This document shows positions 51,251 through 63,072 of a stretch of DNA of 64,000 nucleotides, in pieces. The position numbers and the translations under genes were made by a program. Each line of letters starts with the position of its first letter. Position 1 is the stretch's first letter. Source of the stretch: Polymyxa betae A26-41 (lineage: Eukaryota; Protista; Endomyxa: Phytomyxea); assembly GCA_003693705.1 (NCBI GenBank), contig RBZT01000336.1, positions 47,773 through 111,772 on the forward strand. Direction: 5' to 3'. A model generated the notes under the pieces. The model did not search any database, was not told where the DNA came from, and saw nothing but the letters and a program-made list of their open reading frames with translations.

Positions 51251-54200
51251 TCACTGTTTATTGACCGACGTCACGATACCAACAGCGACCGTACGACCTT
51301 CCCGCCTTAAAGAGAATCGACCCAGTTGCCGAGAAACCTCGATAGGTTCAAGTCTATGGAATACATAAGTCGCTGATGATAAAATTGGTTTGTAGATATT
51401 GACCCGATAGGCCTGTTCACGCAGATGACAACGTTCGCCCGCTGAGAGGCGGTGAGCAGCCGTGGACGTCTCTTCAGCACGTCGCCTGTGCCTTTATGCA
51501 ACAGCGAAAGCAACCGCGAAACTGTGCATGGTTCTTCCATACTTTGCGAATGCAAAATCAGCTAGAGAACGATCAGAACAGCGATCGCAAAAAAAAATCT
51601 CGAAAGGGAAACCACGATTTAGTCAAAGAATAACAAAACCGAACCTGTGAACCGGGTAAGATTGGACGCGACATCGAATCGAGGGTGACGATGGTGGCGT
51701 GAATGAATGAGGCCATCTCCAGAGGATCTTGAACGTCTGATAAAATCGAGCCAATCGTAACCGCCGACTCTTCGCTAACGCTACACAACCGTATTGAGCA
51801 CCAACAGCTGGAGCAGTGGACGGAGCCAGTATTACCCAACCAACCCAACGTCAACGCGTTGGCCGGGTAGAGCAAAGCCGACATTGGTGTTGTCTTGCAC
51901 GAGACCTTTGATTGTCACTACCTGCAAGCATTCATCGTCAGATGCGGTTTTGGTTATGAAGCGACCAGCCAACCTGATTTGCAGGCAGTAGCAATACTTT
52001 ATCGTGATCGAACAGGCACCTGAGCATTCGTGTCAGGCCACAAGAAGCCAGAAAACGAGGTCTGTTTACCCATGCAAAACTGAAGCTGTAACGGCATTTC
52101 CACTCAGCATCTGAGATTTGAAGATATCTGAACAAACCGCTCGCAGCGGCGCTTCAATTTGCCGCTTGGGCACGTTGAACGTGTCAATCATTTGCAATAG
52201 CGTCGGCCCTTTATACCACGATGCTAACCCTGCCGGCAGCTTCTCTGGTTGGTCATAAGTAAATCCAAGAGACATAGGAAAAGAGGAAAACGAATGGTCG
52301 AGATGAAATATTCAATTCTTCGAGCATTACCGCTGACAAGATTATGGCCCTCGAGACCCGAACATGGAACATATCGGATACTGGACGAACGGAATCCGAT
52401 GCTTTTCAAATAGGCATCCATGACATCAACAATCTCTTGATACCGAGACTGCGACCAGTCCATCATATCGAGTTTGTTAATCACTACGACGATCTCTCCA
52501 ATTCCGAACGATTTCAAAAGGACCGCATGTTCCTGAAAACAGTTCAGAAACTTGATTCAGGCAACACTCAAGAACCTTCGTCTGGCCGTTATCGTCGAAT
52601 CCCGACTCGAACTCGCCAGTGACAGCGTCGACTACCAGCAAGGCGCAATCAGCCTAACATTTGTTGGCGATCACTTTGATCTAATTGGGGATGGATCGGA
52701 ATAAACCTGAGACGCACCAGCAATCATGTTCGGGACATAATCACGGTGCCCGGGCGCGTCCAGCAGCCCTACCTGGCGATGCTCGGTGCTGAAATGCTTC
52801 GTTGCGATATCGACTAATACACACGCTCATCAGGCTGCATGAAACATCGAGAGAGCGGAAAACCCAAGTACCTGTGACACCATGGGAACGCTCATCGACT
52901 CCTGTATCTAAGACCCACGCGTATTTGAAAGATGACTAATCCAAATGAGTACTCAGCCTTAGATACTCAGCCTTAGACGAAAAGAAAAAAAAAACGTAAA
53001 GAGTGCACGAATAATCGACAATCGCAGGCGATACCTTTCCTTGGTCGCGAGACTCTTTTTCAAGTCTGTGCATATCTCGAGAGGAGACAGCACCCACCAG
53101 GTACCTGTTCAACAATGTCAGGTAGAACGCGCAGAAGGCGACTGGACATCGCACAGTAAATGTCCCATCAATGTCGACTTTCCGGCGTCGACATGACCAG
53201 CTACAACCTGATGATCGAAGTCAGTCATGTTCGAAGCATCACATCATAACTCCTCACCAGACAAATATTCGTGCTGGGATTCGCCTGCTCTTGCTCAGCT
53301 ATGGCCTTAACGCGCTCCTTTCGTTTACGTAAAGCCGCTTCAGACAAACCTTTATGATGTGGTGCAGCGGGCTTCGCTGCAGATGGCGAAGCTGATCGTT
53401 CGGTAGCGTTTTTCCGCGTCGACCCGACCGCCACCGTATGAACAGCCTGCGTGGTTCAGCACGACGCGATAACCAATAAGGAACTGTACCTTTAAGTGGA
53501 CGGTCCGGGCGCGAGTATCGGGTGAGGGTTCATCAAACTCAAAAGGTATCACACCTCCATCGTGAGCGTTCTTTACAGGAGGTGGAGGCAAAACGACGGC
53601 TTTCTATGACGATTGAGAGCTTGAAAAGTAATCAAAACCCCAAGACGGTGACAAAATACAAAGTGGTACACAAATACAGAATCCATGAAGCGCAAAAATA
53701 ATAAAATTGTTCTAGAGAAAGAGAGAGACCTTTATCTCCAGCTGTGTTGAAAGGGTTTGAGCTAAGGCGGATGGTTTCGTGCTGATCGGACTCGGGACCG
53801 AAGGCAGCCCAATTTGAACACTATCAAAGAGGGATCTGTCATCGTAGACTGATCGTGACGGTTCCTGAATTCAAAATTAACAATCGCAGAAATGACAACA
53901 TTCAAGTCGACAGTACAGATGGTGCCGAGAATGGTTCTGGCGACTTGATTTCATCTTGAACGTTGAGTACAGGCTCGGCTGTTGGTTCAACGCGATCAAG
54001 AAGCAAAGCTAGAAACAATCATATGAAAGTTCACGAAAGCTGTTACACATAGACAGACCAGCAGCCGCATTGACATCAAGGTTGCATTGCTCGAGCGCGA
54101 TACGAATTTCATTAGGGTCGATATCGCCAACAATTTCTTGGACACAAGCTATTGCATTTCGCATCGCCTCTGTCATCGAGTTAAGATCTCAGATAATCCA

Positions 54201-54459
54201 TCGGATAAAAACATTGCGACTTTGTTGTGACTGGGAAGGCTTTTTTTGTGTCACGAACGAGACACCGGTATTTGTAGGGCCTGCTACAAATCGGCTTGTA
54301 GCCGGCGACGGTGGCATCACAGAGGCCTCATCTTCATAATAATCATCTTCGTAGCTTTCGTCATCGTAATCTACAGCAATTCGGTTCAGAAATCGAAGCC
54401 CGAGTACATTCAGGCGCACCATCGTAATCTAGGTCTCGAACGAACTTATGACGAGACAT
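51251..54459 (-). CDS. HBS1: HBS1-like translational GTPase
   Basis: MSRHKFVR start; GHVDAGKSTLMG, YAWVLD..ERSHGVT, LDAPGHRDYVPNMI, NKLD, CSGLEG, LRREGRTVAVG. Confidence 0.92.
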
Positions 54460-55102
54460 GGTGTCTTAGCCGCGGCCGGTCTAAGCAGATCGCGATGTTG
54501 GAAGCTATGAGCCGCCAAAATTGTCAAAATATCGACTTTTATGAAAAATCACGCATAAAGATCTGAGAGAGGCGCAGCCATTTAATGATGACAGGCCAAA
54601 CTGAAATTGAATTCGTGAGAGCTCGGTCGTCGCCATTGCCTTCAACAGGAACTGCTGTGATTATTCCAACACTGAAACCTCATAAAGGAAAGGACTTCCT
54701 TACTAACCGTGACATACAGGCCTGTAGGAGCGCTGAGAAGCGTATGGTGTTCCGTTCCGCCAGCGGCAATACCCAACAAACAACAATAGACGTCATCATG
54801 CTCCTCGGTTTTGTAACACAACTTACCGGCACCCTCATCTTCCAGTTTCAAACTAGCACAATTGTGATCTTTAAAGTTAATCAGGTCTTGATTGGGTTCA
54901 GATTAGTTCAACGCACCACGAATATCGGAATAACTCTACAGTTGTTAGGGGATTAGACAACCAGAACGCACAATTGAAATCAGTTATCAAACATTAAATT
55001 CAAAATAAAATTCTGAATTAACAAAATAACACGGTAGTCAGAGGGAATATTGATGGCATGGTTGAGGTGGTTATCGGATTGACAAGGCACTTGCGCTTTA
55101 TA

Positions 55103-58100
55103 TTATACAGATTGAAGATATTCATGTAATTCTGCGGTCAGCTTATGCAAAGATGCATTGGTACCAATAATCGGCAACAATTCTTGCAAAAGAGAGCGCT
55201 TGCAGACTTTGTGCCCCTGAACAAATGTAAATTTACACCCCAAAAACCAAAAAGCTTACAGCAGCATAGGGATCCCATTTGCTGTCCTCGCCCTGGTTTC
55301 CTGGGCCCATCAATTGACAGCACTGCTCCTCTAACCGCTCTCGGTATATAGGATGCGTGTCGCGAGCGTACATTACAAGTTCTGTAGAATCAAAGCGTCA
55401 AAACCAAAGAATCCCAAAGTCAGTTTCAGGTTGCGGCAGTGGGATAAATTCAGAAAACCAAAGAGTGGAGCTGAAACGAAGAGATTGCATAATGCAACTG
55501 AAAGCGATCTGGCTGAGAAATGACTTACGTCTACACAGCATCAGCATCCACTTCTTATAAGCCGCACCATCAGCTAGAAGGTCGGCAGTCGCAACTTCAT
55601 GTTCAGCGTGAGCTAAAGTGGCCATGCTTCGTTCCTCCATGGTCAAACGCGATAGCGCAGCAGGGGTACGATTTATCGTTCCTGCGAATAATGAAATCGC
55701 ATTTAATCGTAACATCCAGATTCGAACCATTGTGATCAAACAGCGAGTACAGCTCAGAGTGCACAAAACTGTCATCCGTTGTTCGTACCCAGCTTCGTAA
55801 GGATTCTGCAAATGAGAATACATCGCCATTTGACAGCGTTACAATTGGCCGATAATCGATGTCCAAAACCGCGGAAGCGAAGCTGCCGCCTGCATTATTA
55901 GTTAGTAATTGATAGACTTTGAACTTTTGAGATAAAAATTACGATCGAGCAAAAGGCCCATGTTGCAGGTTAAAACGCGTTCCCGTTTTCTAACGTTATA
56001 TACAGATAGCTGACAGTCGACGCAGATAACCAACACGTAGCATGACCTCGACAGCGACAAATGGAATGCTGTTATGAGATTAGTACAAGCGATTTATCTC
56101 GAATGAACAGCAATAGAATTTTGGAAATACCAGACAATGAAAATTGCGTTTGGACAGCGACACAGAGTAAGGGGTAAAATCCGTTAGAAAAGAGCAGAGT
56201 CGATGAACTAAAAATATAAAAAAATCATAGAGAATAGCGACAAACGCTTGGCACTGAGCATGATTGGTGGAGACAGTCGGGCACCATGAGAAGAAAGAAA
56301 GAACAGATCAGCCTGCTCAGTGACGGCGATAGCCACGAAACTGTTGGCAGCGAGATTGGTTACCCGCCCTGGCAAAGTTATACGCCAGAGTGATGTAGTT
56401 CCACGAGAGCAAAGCAACAAAGATTTCGCTGCAGCACTTCGTCAACAGCCAGCGAGCATGTTACGCATTGACACAAGTACCCGGAGAATTAGCAATGACT
56501 TCGATCACAACCGGAGTTAGCTGTTCAGAAATCCCAAGTGACCTCCGAGCTTCGAGGTTTAATGAGTCGTCCCGAGACACAACAAACCTGAGCGAATGCT
56601 ATCATTGTTTTGCCAGGAGCAAACCACAGGAAAAGCAATCTAGCGACAAACAAAACAAGATTGCAGAAAATCGCAACAGACGCATTGGGCATAAAGAGGG
56701 CAATTCTGAAATTGCAAAGTGGTGCAGAAAAATTTTGCAAAGATTGTAAAAATACTGAATCAGATCCACTGACCTCAAACGGGGCTCGGATGGCGTCAAT
56801 TTCTGGGCCGATTTGACGACCGTGAACGTTGGCGTTGCTGTCATAGCCGCAGGTGATGCAGCGGCGACCGGGGTTGCGGGCACTTCTGTTGAAGACTGGG
56901 GTGGAGGCGCCAGCGGTGTTGGCACCAGAGCGGCGTCTGCAGGAACAGGAACGATCCGACGTTTGCCATCAGCGGATCGCGATTCGTGTTGCAAAGATGC
57001 GACGCTACGTGAAAGCGCAAAAGGAGCAACCGTTGAGGTGCCCGACATGAGCGAATCAAGGCGGGTGCGTTTTGGTGGCGGCAACGACGGCGAAGAATGA
57101 GAAGGCATGGGATCTCTAAAGACAGAAGCGGATGGTTTCTCAGCAGATGTGGATTGGGTTTCTGCAGTTGACGACTGTTTGCGGTAAAGAAGGGCAGTCG
57201 GATTATCGGCAATCGGGATGGCGAAAGAGGTCGAGCCTTGCTGGTTCAGAAGCAGTTTTTCCATCTCTCGGGTTGACAGAGCAACTCCACCTAAATCATT
57301 GGGTGCAAATCGAATCAAGGCGATCGAGCCGTCATGTGAGCTCGCAATCAGATTTCTGAACAGTTAACGTTACAGCTTGGTACTGAGCAGACTGGAAATT
57401 ACCTTCCATCGGGCGTCCAGGCAATATCCAAGACCGCTTGTGTGAAAAAATGCCGAAAGATGGCAAGAGGGGTCTTGCTGTGAGTCGCCCACACTGATAT
57501 TGAAGAATCCATCGATCCGACTGTATCGCCCAAATTGACGATCCAAATGTTAAAAATTACAGTTGCCTTACCAGCACAGATATAGAATTGAGACCCGTCG
57601 CCCCGGCGGAATATAATCGGATTGAATCGGGAAACAGTTGTGGGCTTCGAGTGGCCTCTAAAAAATACTATTTTCCAAAAAAAACCAGAATATAAATATT
57701 GTCTTACACAAAAGAAGCGTTCTTCTTCCAGCTGCCACGGTTTAGCACCGGAGACGTGAACACCTGAATGTGGGAACTGATGACAGCATTTCGAATGAAC
57801 TGTCACTCAATCTTACTTTGTGGTGTGCATATGATCCTGAAAAAACACATCAGAAACGCAAGAACGTGGAGAATGGAGCAAAAAAAGGAAATGCGAGCAG
57901 TTATCACAGCACGAGAGCTAACAAAACGTTGCCTTATGCAGTACGAATTTGAATGACGAAAAGCGGCGGTACAAAGCCACCATGAGAAAATGAAAGAGAA
58001 TCGAACCTACAAAAGCCTGCCCGTCTGGCGACCAGGATGGGCGTCGAAACACGATCTGTCGGTTGATATCGCTTGCGTAGTTATGAGCAAACTGCAGATC

Positions 58101-59565
58101 AAGAAACGGTTTTCTAATCGTATGCTCAGCAGCCCAGTCATCTGCGATTTAGTTAGCAGTGACAGAAACTGCCAGCAATCTGTTGACGGACCAGTCCGCC
58201 AAATGATACAGGTTCCATCTTCTGATTGTGAAACGAGGTAGTTGTTAAGCGGGTCCCAGGACAGCCCTGATTGGATCGTCAATTAAAGCGAGTCGCTATT
58301 CAAATAAACACAGCGACCTTTGACCCAGTTAGTGTGGCCGGTCAAAGATACGATCTGAAGGGGAGTCAGCAAGGATCTTGAAACACGTGTTAAAGCCAAA
58401 AGATAGTAATAATGTTTGCAACCACTTCACACGAGAATATCTTGAAATCCAAACACATCACAAAAATTGAAGCAAAGATAGGAATACAAAACTTATTGAA
58501 AGTGCAGCTCTGAGTGCCATTAAGGCGAATAGCAACCAACTTTATGGAAGGAATCAGTATCCCAAACAATGATTGTGTTGTCGACGCTACAGGATGCCAA
58601 TCGTTGACCATCTGATAGAACCGTGTTTACAAACATACAACATGTACACAAGTACCAACCTGGCGACCAGGCAAGGTCCTGAACATCAGCCTCATGTCCG
58701 ATCAGGTTCGACAAACACCGATATGTTTCCGGAAACAGGCCGGCGCCCGTGAACGCGTTCACATTATGGTCGGCGGTAGCATCTCGCGCAACAGCTTGGG
58801 TGCTAATATGCGTCCAGAGCAGGACAGTTCGATCATCACCTCCTGATGCCTAATTGCAGTAATGAACGATCATTGACAAATTACGAAAACGAATTGCTTA
58901 TGAGTCATGAAGGGTTGCAGTCAATCCCAAAATGAAACATTCTCGAAGTGGACTGCAGCCCACTTTGAAAATCCGAATCTTGCAAGGCTGTTTAAAACAT
59001 ACAGAGCAACGTAAACAATAAAAAGGTTTGGGCTCCATCGACCACAGGGAGTATCAATGCTAAACAGCAAAACATGAGAAAAACTGGAAACCTTCAGCAA
59101 AGTGAATAATCAGGAATTGAAGTTATCAGAACGTTGTTCGATAAGATTTTTTTAAATGCAATCAACGATTCAACAAGCGATTGAAATAAGCTCAATAAAA
59201 ACGAAACAAGAGAATTGCATACAAGAAGATGACCAGATGGTGACCATCTGACACAATTAACGCCTCCAGTATGCACTGTCAAAACGGATAGCACTTTCGT
59301 GACAGATTCGTCACGATCAGCTTCCTCCGATAACATTGGGGCCAAAGCCCAAATCCGAACGCGCGAATCTATCAAGATCAGCATCTCACAATTAAGAACG
59401 AAGGGAAAGTACCGACCTGCGCCTCCGGTCGCCACACGAGTTCCATCTGGATGAACATGGACCGAATTGACAGCGCCTTGATCTAAGATGATTTGAATAT
59501 TAGAAGCATCGACGACGAGAAAATTGACGACCATGCATGACCCAGTCCGGTTTTGTCACCATCAT
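55103..59565 (-). CDS. HIRA: histone chaperone HIRA/Hir1, many exons
   Basis: KPDWVMH, HPDGTRVATGG, VNCVRWSPSG, GHEADVQDLAWSP, GLSWDP, B-domain DGKRRIVP, TLAHAEHEVA. Confidence 0.92.
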
Positions 59566-60207
59566 GAGGCCATCGGCATCAACATCGCCGTCGGACGCCG
59601 GCTCTCGCATGGCTGATCGCGTTCCAGCCAGTTGGCGACCTTGATGCGACCTTGGCACGGACTACACGAATCTCATACATCCAGTGTATGTTAATTCACG
59701 GATATTTCATAATTCTTCTTTGTCGTGACCTCGTCGTCGGAACAGTTAAAAACGATATCAAGCATGTTGAGGAGAAGCTCGCTACGGCCGAGGCTAAATT
59801 TTTTAAATTTGCACAGGCTGAGGCAGATGCCAAGGAGAACATGATTCTGGTTTACGCTCAGTTGGTTTCGTCGCTGGAACAGCGCTTGGCTGGTCTCGAG
59901 GCAATGCTGTCGAAACCCGCCCCCGCCCCAACCGGTACGTTTGCTAATATTTTCTCACAGATTTTTCACAGTTGATTTTCATTGATGATTGATACTAATT
60001 CGGTCATTCCTGAATGTTTCGAGCACCCCATAGGCAGGGCCTTCAAAAAACAGCGACTGTCTTCAGAAACTTTTATCAAGGTTTTCACTGATCGATTTCG
60101 ACAATTTCAACAAGCTACGAAACTTGAAAATTTTATTTATTCAGCGGGCGAGTTTCCATTTAACAGAATCAGAGATAGCAAGAGTGTTTGTTAGACAATG
60201 CTATGTA

Positions 60208-61099
60208 ACGGCGGCGGCCTTCTTGGAGGCGGACGGGGTCTTGGGAACCTCCCGGGCGGCAGAACGGAGCTGTTCGAACTCGTCCGGATACTTGGTCGAC
60301 ATCTCCTTGGCCAGGCCCGCGAGGGATAGCACGCCGAGGTCCCGGGCATGGAACTTCTTCTTGAACCGTTCTTTCAGCCCGGTGTCCTTGATGTCCACAA
60401 TATCGGGCAACGCCTCCTTCAGCTGAGTCCAAGTCCCAACTGTCATACCATTCCGCTTTGAGTAATGCACCCAAGTGGCGATGATCAGGTTGGTCTAAAT
60501 ATCATGTTAATAACGAAAGTTGACAGAAACCAGTTAAAATTTACTCGTTGGAGGAGGTCAGCGAAAGGAGTGGCGACGGCGGCCGCCTGAGCATCACGTT
60601 CAGACTTTGGGGTCTGGTTGTACTTGCCACCAACACGTGCAGCTGGCTGCGAAGGCGTGTCGGGGCAATAAATGTAACCGTATTCAGTTACGATTAATAT
60701 TTTGGGGCGCGCGCGCCCGAGGCTCGCACAGCCTCTGCGCAGTTTTAATTAATACAGTGGCGCAGAATTAACATTATTTGATTTAGGGGCTTTTTTAGGG
60801 GCTTCTTTTTATATTGGCGTCTTTTAGGGGCTTTTGCTTTTTAGGGTTTAAAATGGTTTGGATAAGATATTGGAATGTATTCCAGCTGCAAAAATTCAGA
60901 TCATCGGAACAGTGGTCTAATGTGCTGACTATCGTGTTCTCTAGTGTCGGGCTCAGAGTTCAATTCTTATGAAAGAGATTCTTTTTTTGGAATTTCTGAA
61001 GTCCAAAAATTTCCAAGTCCCGATGAAGCTTCGCGAGCCAAGAATAATGCTATTCTGCGCCACTGTATTAATTAAAACTGCGCAGAGGCTGCTCGCGCC
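60208..61099. mobile_element. insertion with Helitron-like end, carrying a captured intron-containing gene fragment
   Basis: It splits codons CY-V|E-IF, with TA on both sides. A GC palindrome at 60705-60718 lies 11 nt before CTAG once the inner MITE is removed. GC-rich minus-strand exons lie at about 60545-60680 and 60208-60495. Confidence 0.55.
60729..61091. mobile_element. MITE with 40-bp perfect terminal inverted repeats
   Basis: cagcctctgcgcagttttaattaatacagtggcgcagaat at 60729-60768, with its reverse complement at 61052-61091. Flanks are CTCGCA / CTCGCG. Confidence 0.88.
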
Positions 61100-61375
61100 T
61101 AGAAATATTCACCGATTCAGTTATATCTCAAAAGCTATGGTGCAAGAGAAAAAGAGTTTTGCGGTAACTGGAACTCCAGGAATTGGGAAGTCGTACTTTG
61201 CCGCTTATCTATTTTATCGAATGTTAACTGATTGGAAAATGTTCAATGTTGTTGTATATCAAATTGATTCAAGTTTTTACAAACATGATTTAATCGACCT
61301 CAATGAATACAAAACGACAGAAAGTGATTATGTAAAGTATTTTGAAAATGAGGAAACAACTCTGTATATTATTGA

Positions 61376-62035
61376 TAGGGCTCCGATCGGGTCCCTATCA
61401 ATAATCCGAACCCGACCCGAAATCAAGTTCGGGCAGTACCCAATTCAGTTGAAACACTCTTATGGGCTGAATTATCTCCGAAAATATTAAGTAGGAGAAC
61501 CTGGACCTCGGTTCAGGCCCCGCACTAGGGTTATTGTGCCGCCCACTCTGCCGAAAGGTGCGAACAAATAGTGCAATCCAATCCAATCCAGTTCAAACAC
61601 TCTTTTCTGTGATAAATAAGATCTCATTATTGACTGGTTTTTCAAACATCAACGCATTCAAACCCTCCCGGGCCAGTGAGTGATGTCGAAATCCATCCAG
61701 TCTGGTACGGTGTTGAAATTACGATCAACAGAAACGGAAGACCCCGGTATAGAAAGAAACCTGGGTGTCAAGAACCGACTTGTTGAAACGAACTGAATAA
61801 CCCCAGTTCGGTCGTGTTGCACAGGCTCTGTATTATCATGAGTCACAGAAATGCAGTTCCTGAAGGAAGCGGCTGCGCCTGCACGCAATCATGACACTGG
61901 GAACGACAATGAGGACAACCACAGTCAATAAGGACTTCTGGTAACGTTTCTAAAATTCTCGGGTTTTCGGGTCAGGTACTAGCCTTCAACCCGACTCGGG
62001 TTTCCGGATTGTACCCGAACCCGATCGGAGCCTTA
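61376..62035. mobile_element. hAT-type non-autonomous element (MITE)
   Basis: 17-bp TIR TAGGGCTCCGATCGGGT (1 mismatch at the right end); 8-bp TSD ATTATTGA/TTTATTGA; subterminal CCCGA repeats. Removal restores LYIIDG. Confidence 0.85.
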
Positions 62036-63072
62036 TTTATTGATGGTGCAAATCGCTCAGTTCTTCATTTCCTCCCCTCGATGTCAAGAACCGACTTGTC
62101 GTAACGAAGAATATAATAAGAGTGCGTTTGGTAACCACAGCGTCCCAAACGGTCGTTTAAGCAAAACGGCTGTTTTCTGTTTTCTGCGCCACGTTTACTA
62201 AACGGCCGTTCTGGAACAGAGCTTGCAGCCAAACGCTAATTTGAAAACGCCCGTTTTCTAATAAAATCTTTATTATAGTTTAGGTAAACTTTCTTCATTC
62301 TAGAGTCGTAGACGGATGGTGTCACCATCCGTTATCTCGCCGACGGAAGGTGACACCGTCGATATTTTCTGCCTGATCGTACCCTAACGTTGGCGTTCTT
62401 GGGCGGCGAGAACTAGATATAATTAGTCAGTCATGGAAGAGCAGAATTAATTTACATACATAGCCGTCTTGTTCCAGATTGCCATAGAATCGATTTTTGA
62501 AAACTGTATAGTGTGCCAGGTCCTTCTTCTTTTCCGTTCGGGCGAACAACAGATTGCCGCGGGTTCCCCATTCCTAGAAACGACAAGTTAAAAATAAACA
62601 TAGTAAATTGACATGAGATTTACAGAGGGACCAATCGCCGCAGCGAGATTCTCAAGAGTGATGGCGGACACCAGCACCCGGAGAAACGATACGCAGCCCC
62701 GTATCACGAGGCAACGACGCGTCCGGCTCGCTGCCTGAAGATCCCAGTCTTGACGGTAGTCGAACCGGTTCGCGGATTCCTGGTGGCGCGACACCAGATT
62801 GCGCCACGCAATGGCCGGCATGGAGTCCGGCTGGAACTGGAACAGGTCCTGGTCGTTCATATTGCTAGCCTGTAATGTCTGGACGTCAGCACTAGTGGAC
62901 AGCAAGAACAAGAGTCGCACCTGTTGTCAAGACAGTTAACGAATGAGAGTATCAATCGATCCCTGGATGGTTACCACCAGTCACACTAAAAAACGACTGA
63001 AGCTGCATCCATTTTGGTACGTTCTATGCATTGCTTCATAATTCAATCGATTGCTTAGTTAGCACGCTTTCA

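Larger units (their letters stand above)
59609..62119 (+). pseudogene. Crinkler/RHS-type (CR-NTPase) gene disrupted by insertions and frameshifts
   Basis: Coiled-coil header, KKQR NLS-like motif, then FVRQCY|EIF..AVTGTPGIGKS (Walker A), LYIID|G (Walker B) and FISSPR once the inserts are removed. Confidence 0.8.

Noticed and set aside
54585-55100. Small gene between HBS1 and HIRA
   Set aside because: Short ORFs on both strands with no recognisable motifs or consistent splice pattern.
59652-59745. Signal peptide on the Crinkler-like ORF (YFIILLC)
   Set aside because: This stretch looks like an intron (GT at about 59684 to CAG at about 59744), so the hydrophobic run is probably not coding.
60969-61490. 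Intact 173-aa P-loop protein as listed in the ORF track
   Set aside because: Its N-terminus comes from the MITE and its C-terminus from the hAT element. Only about 61102-61375 is the NTPase.
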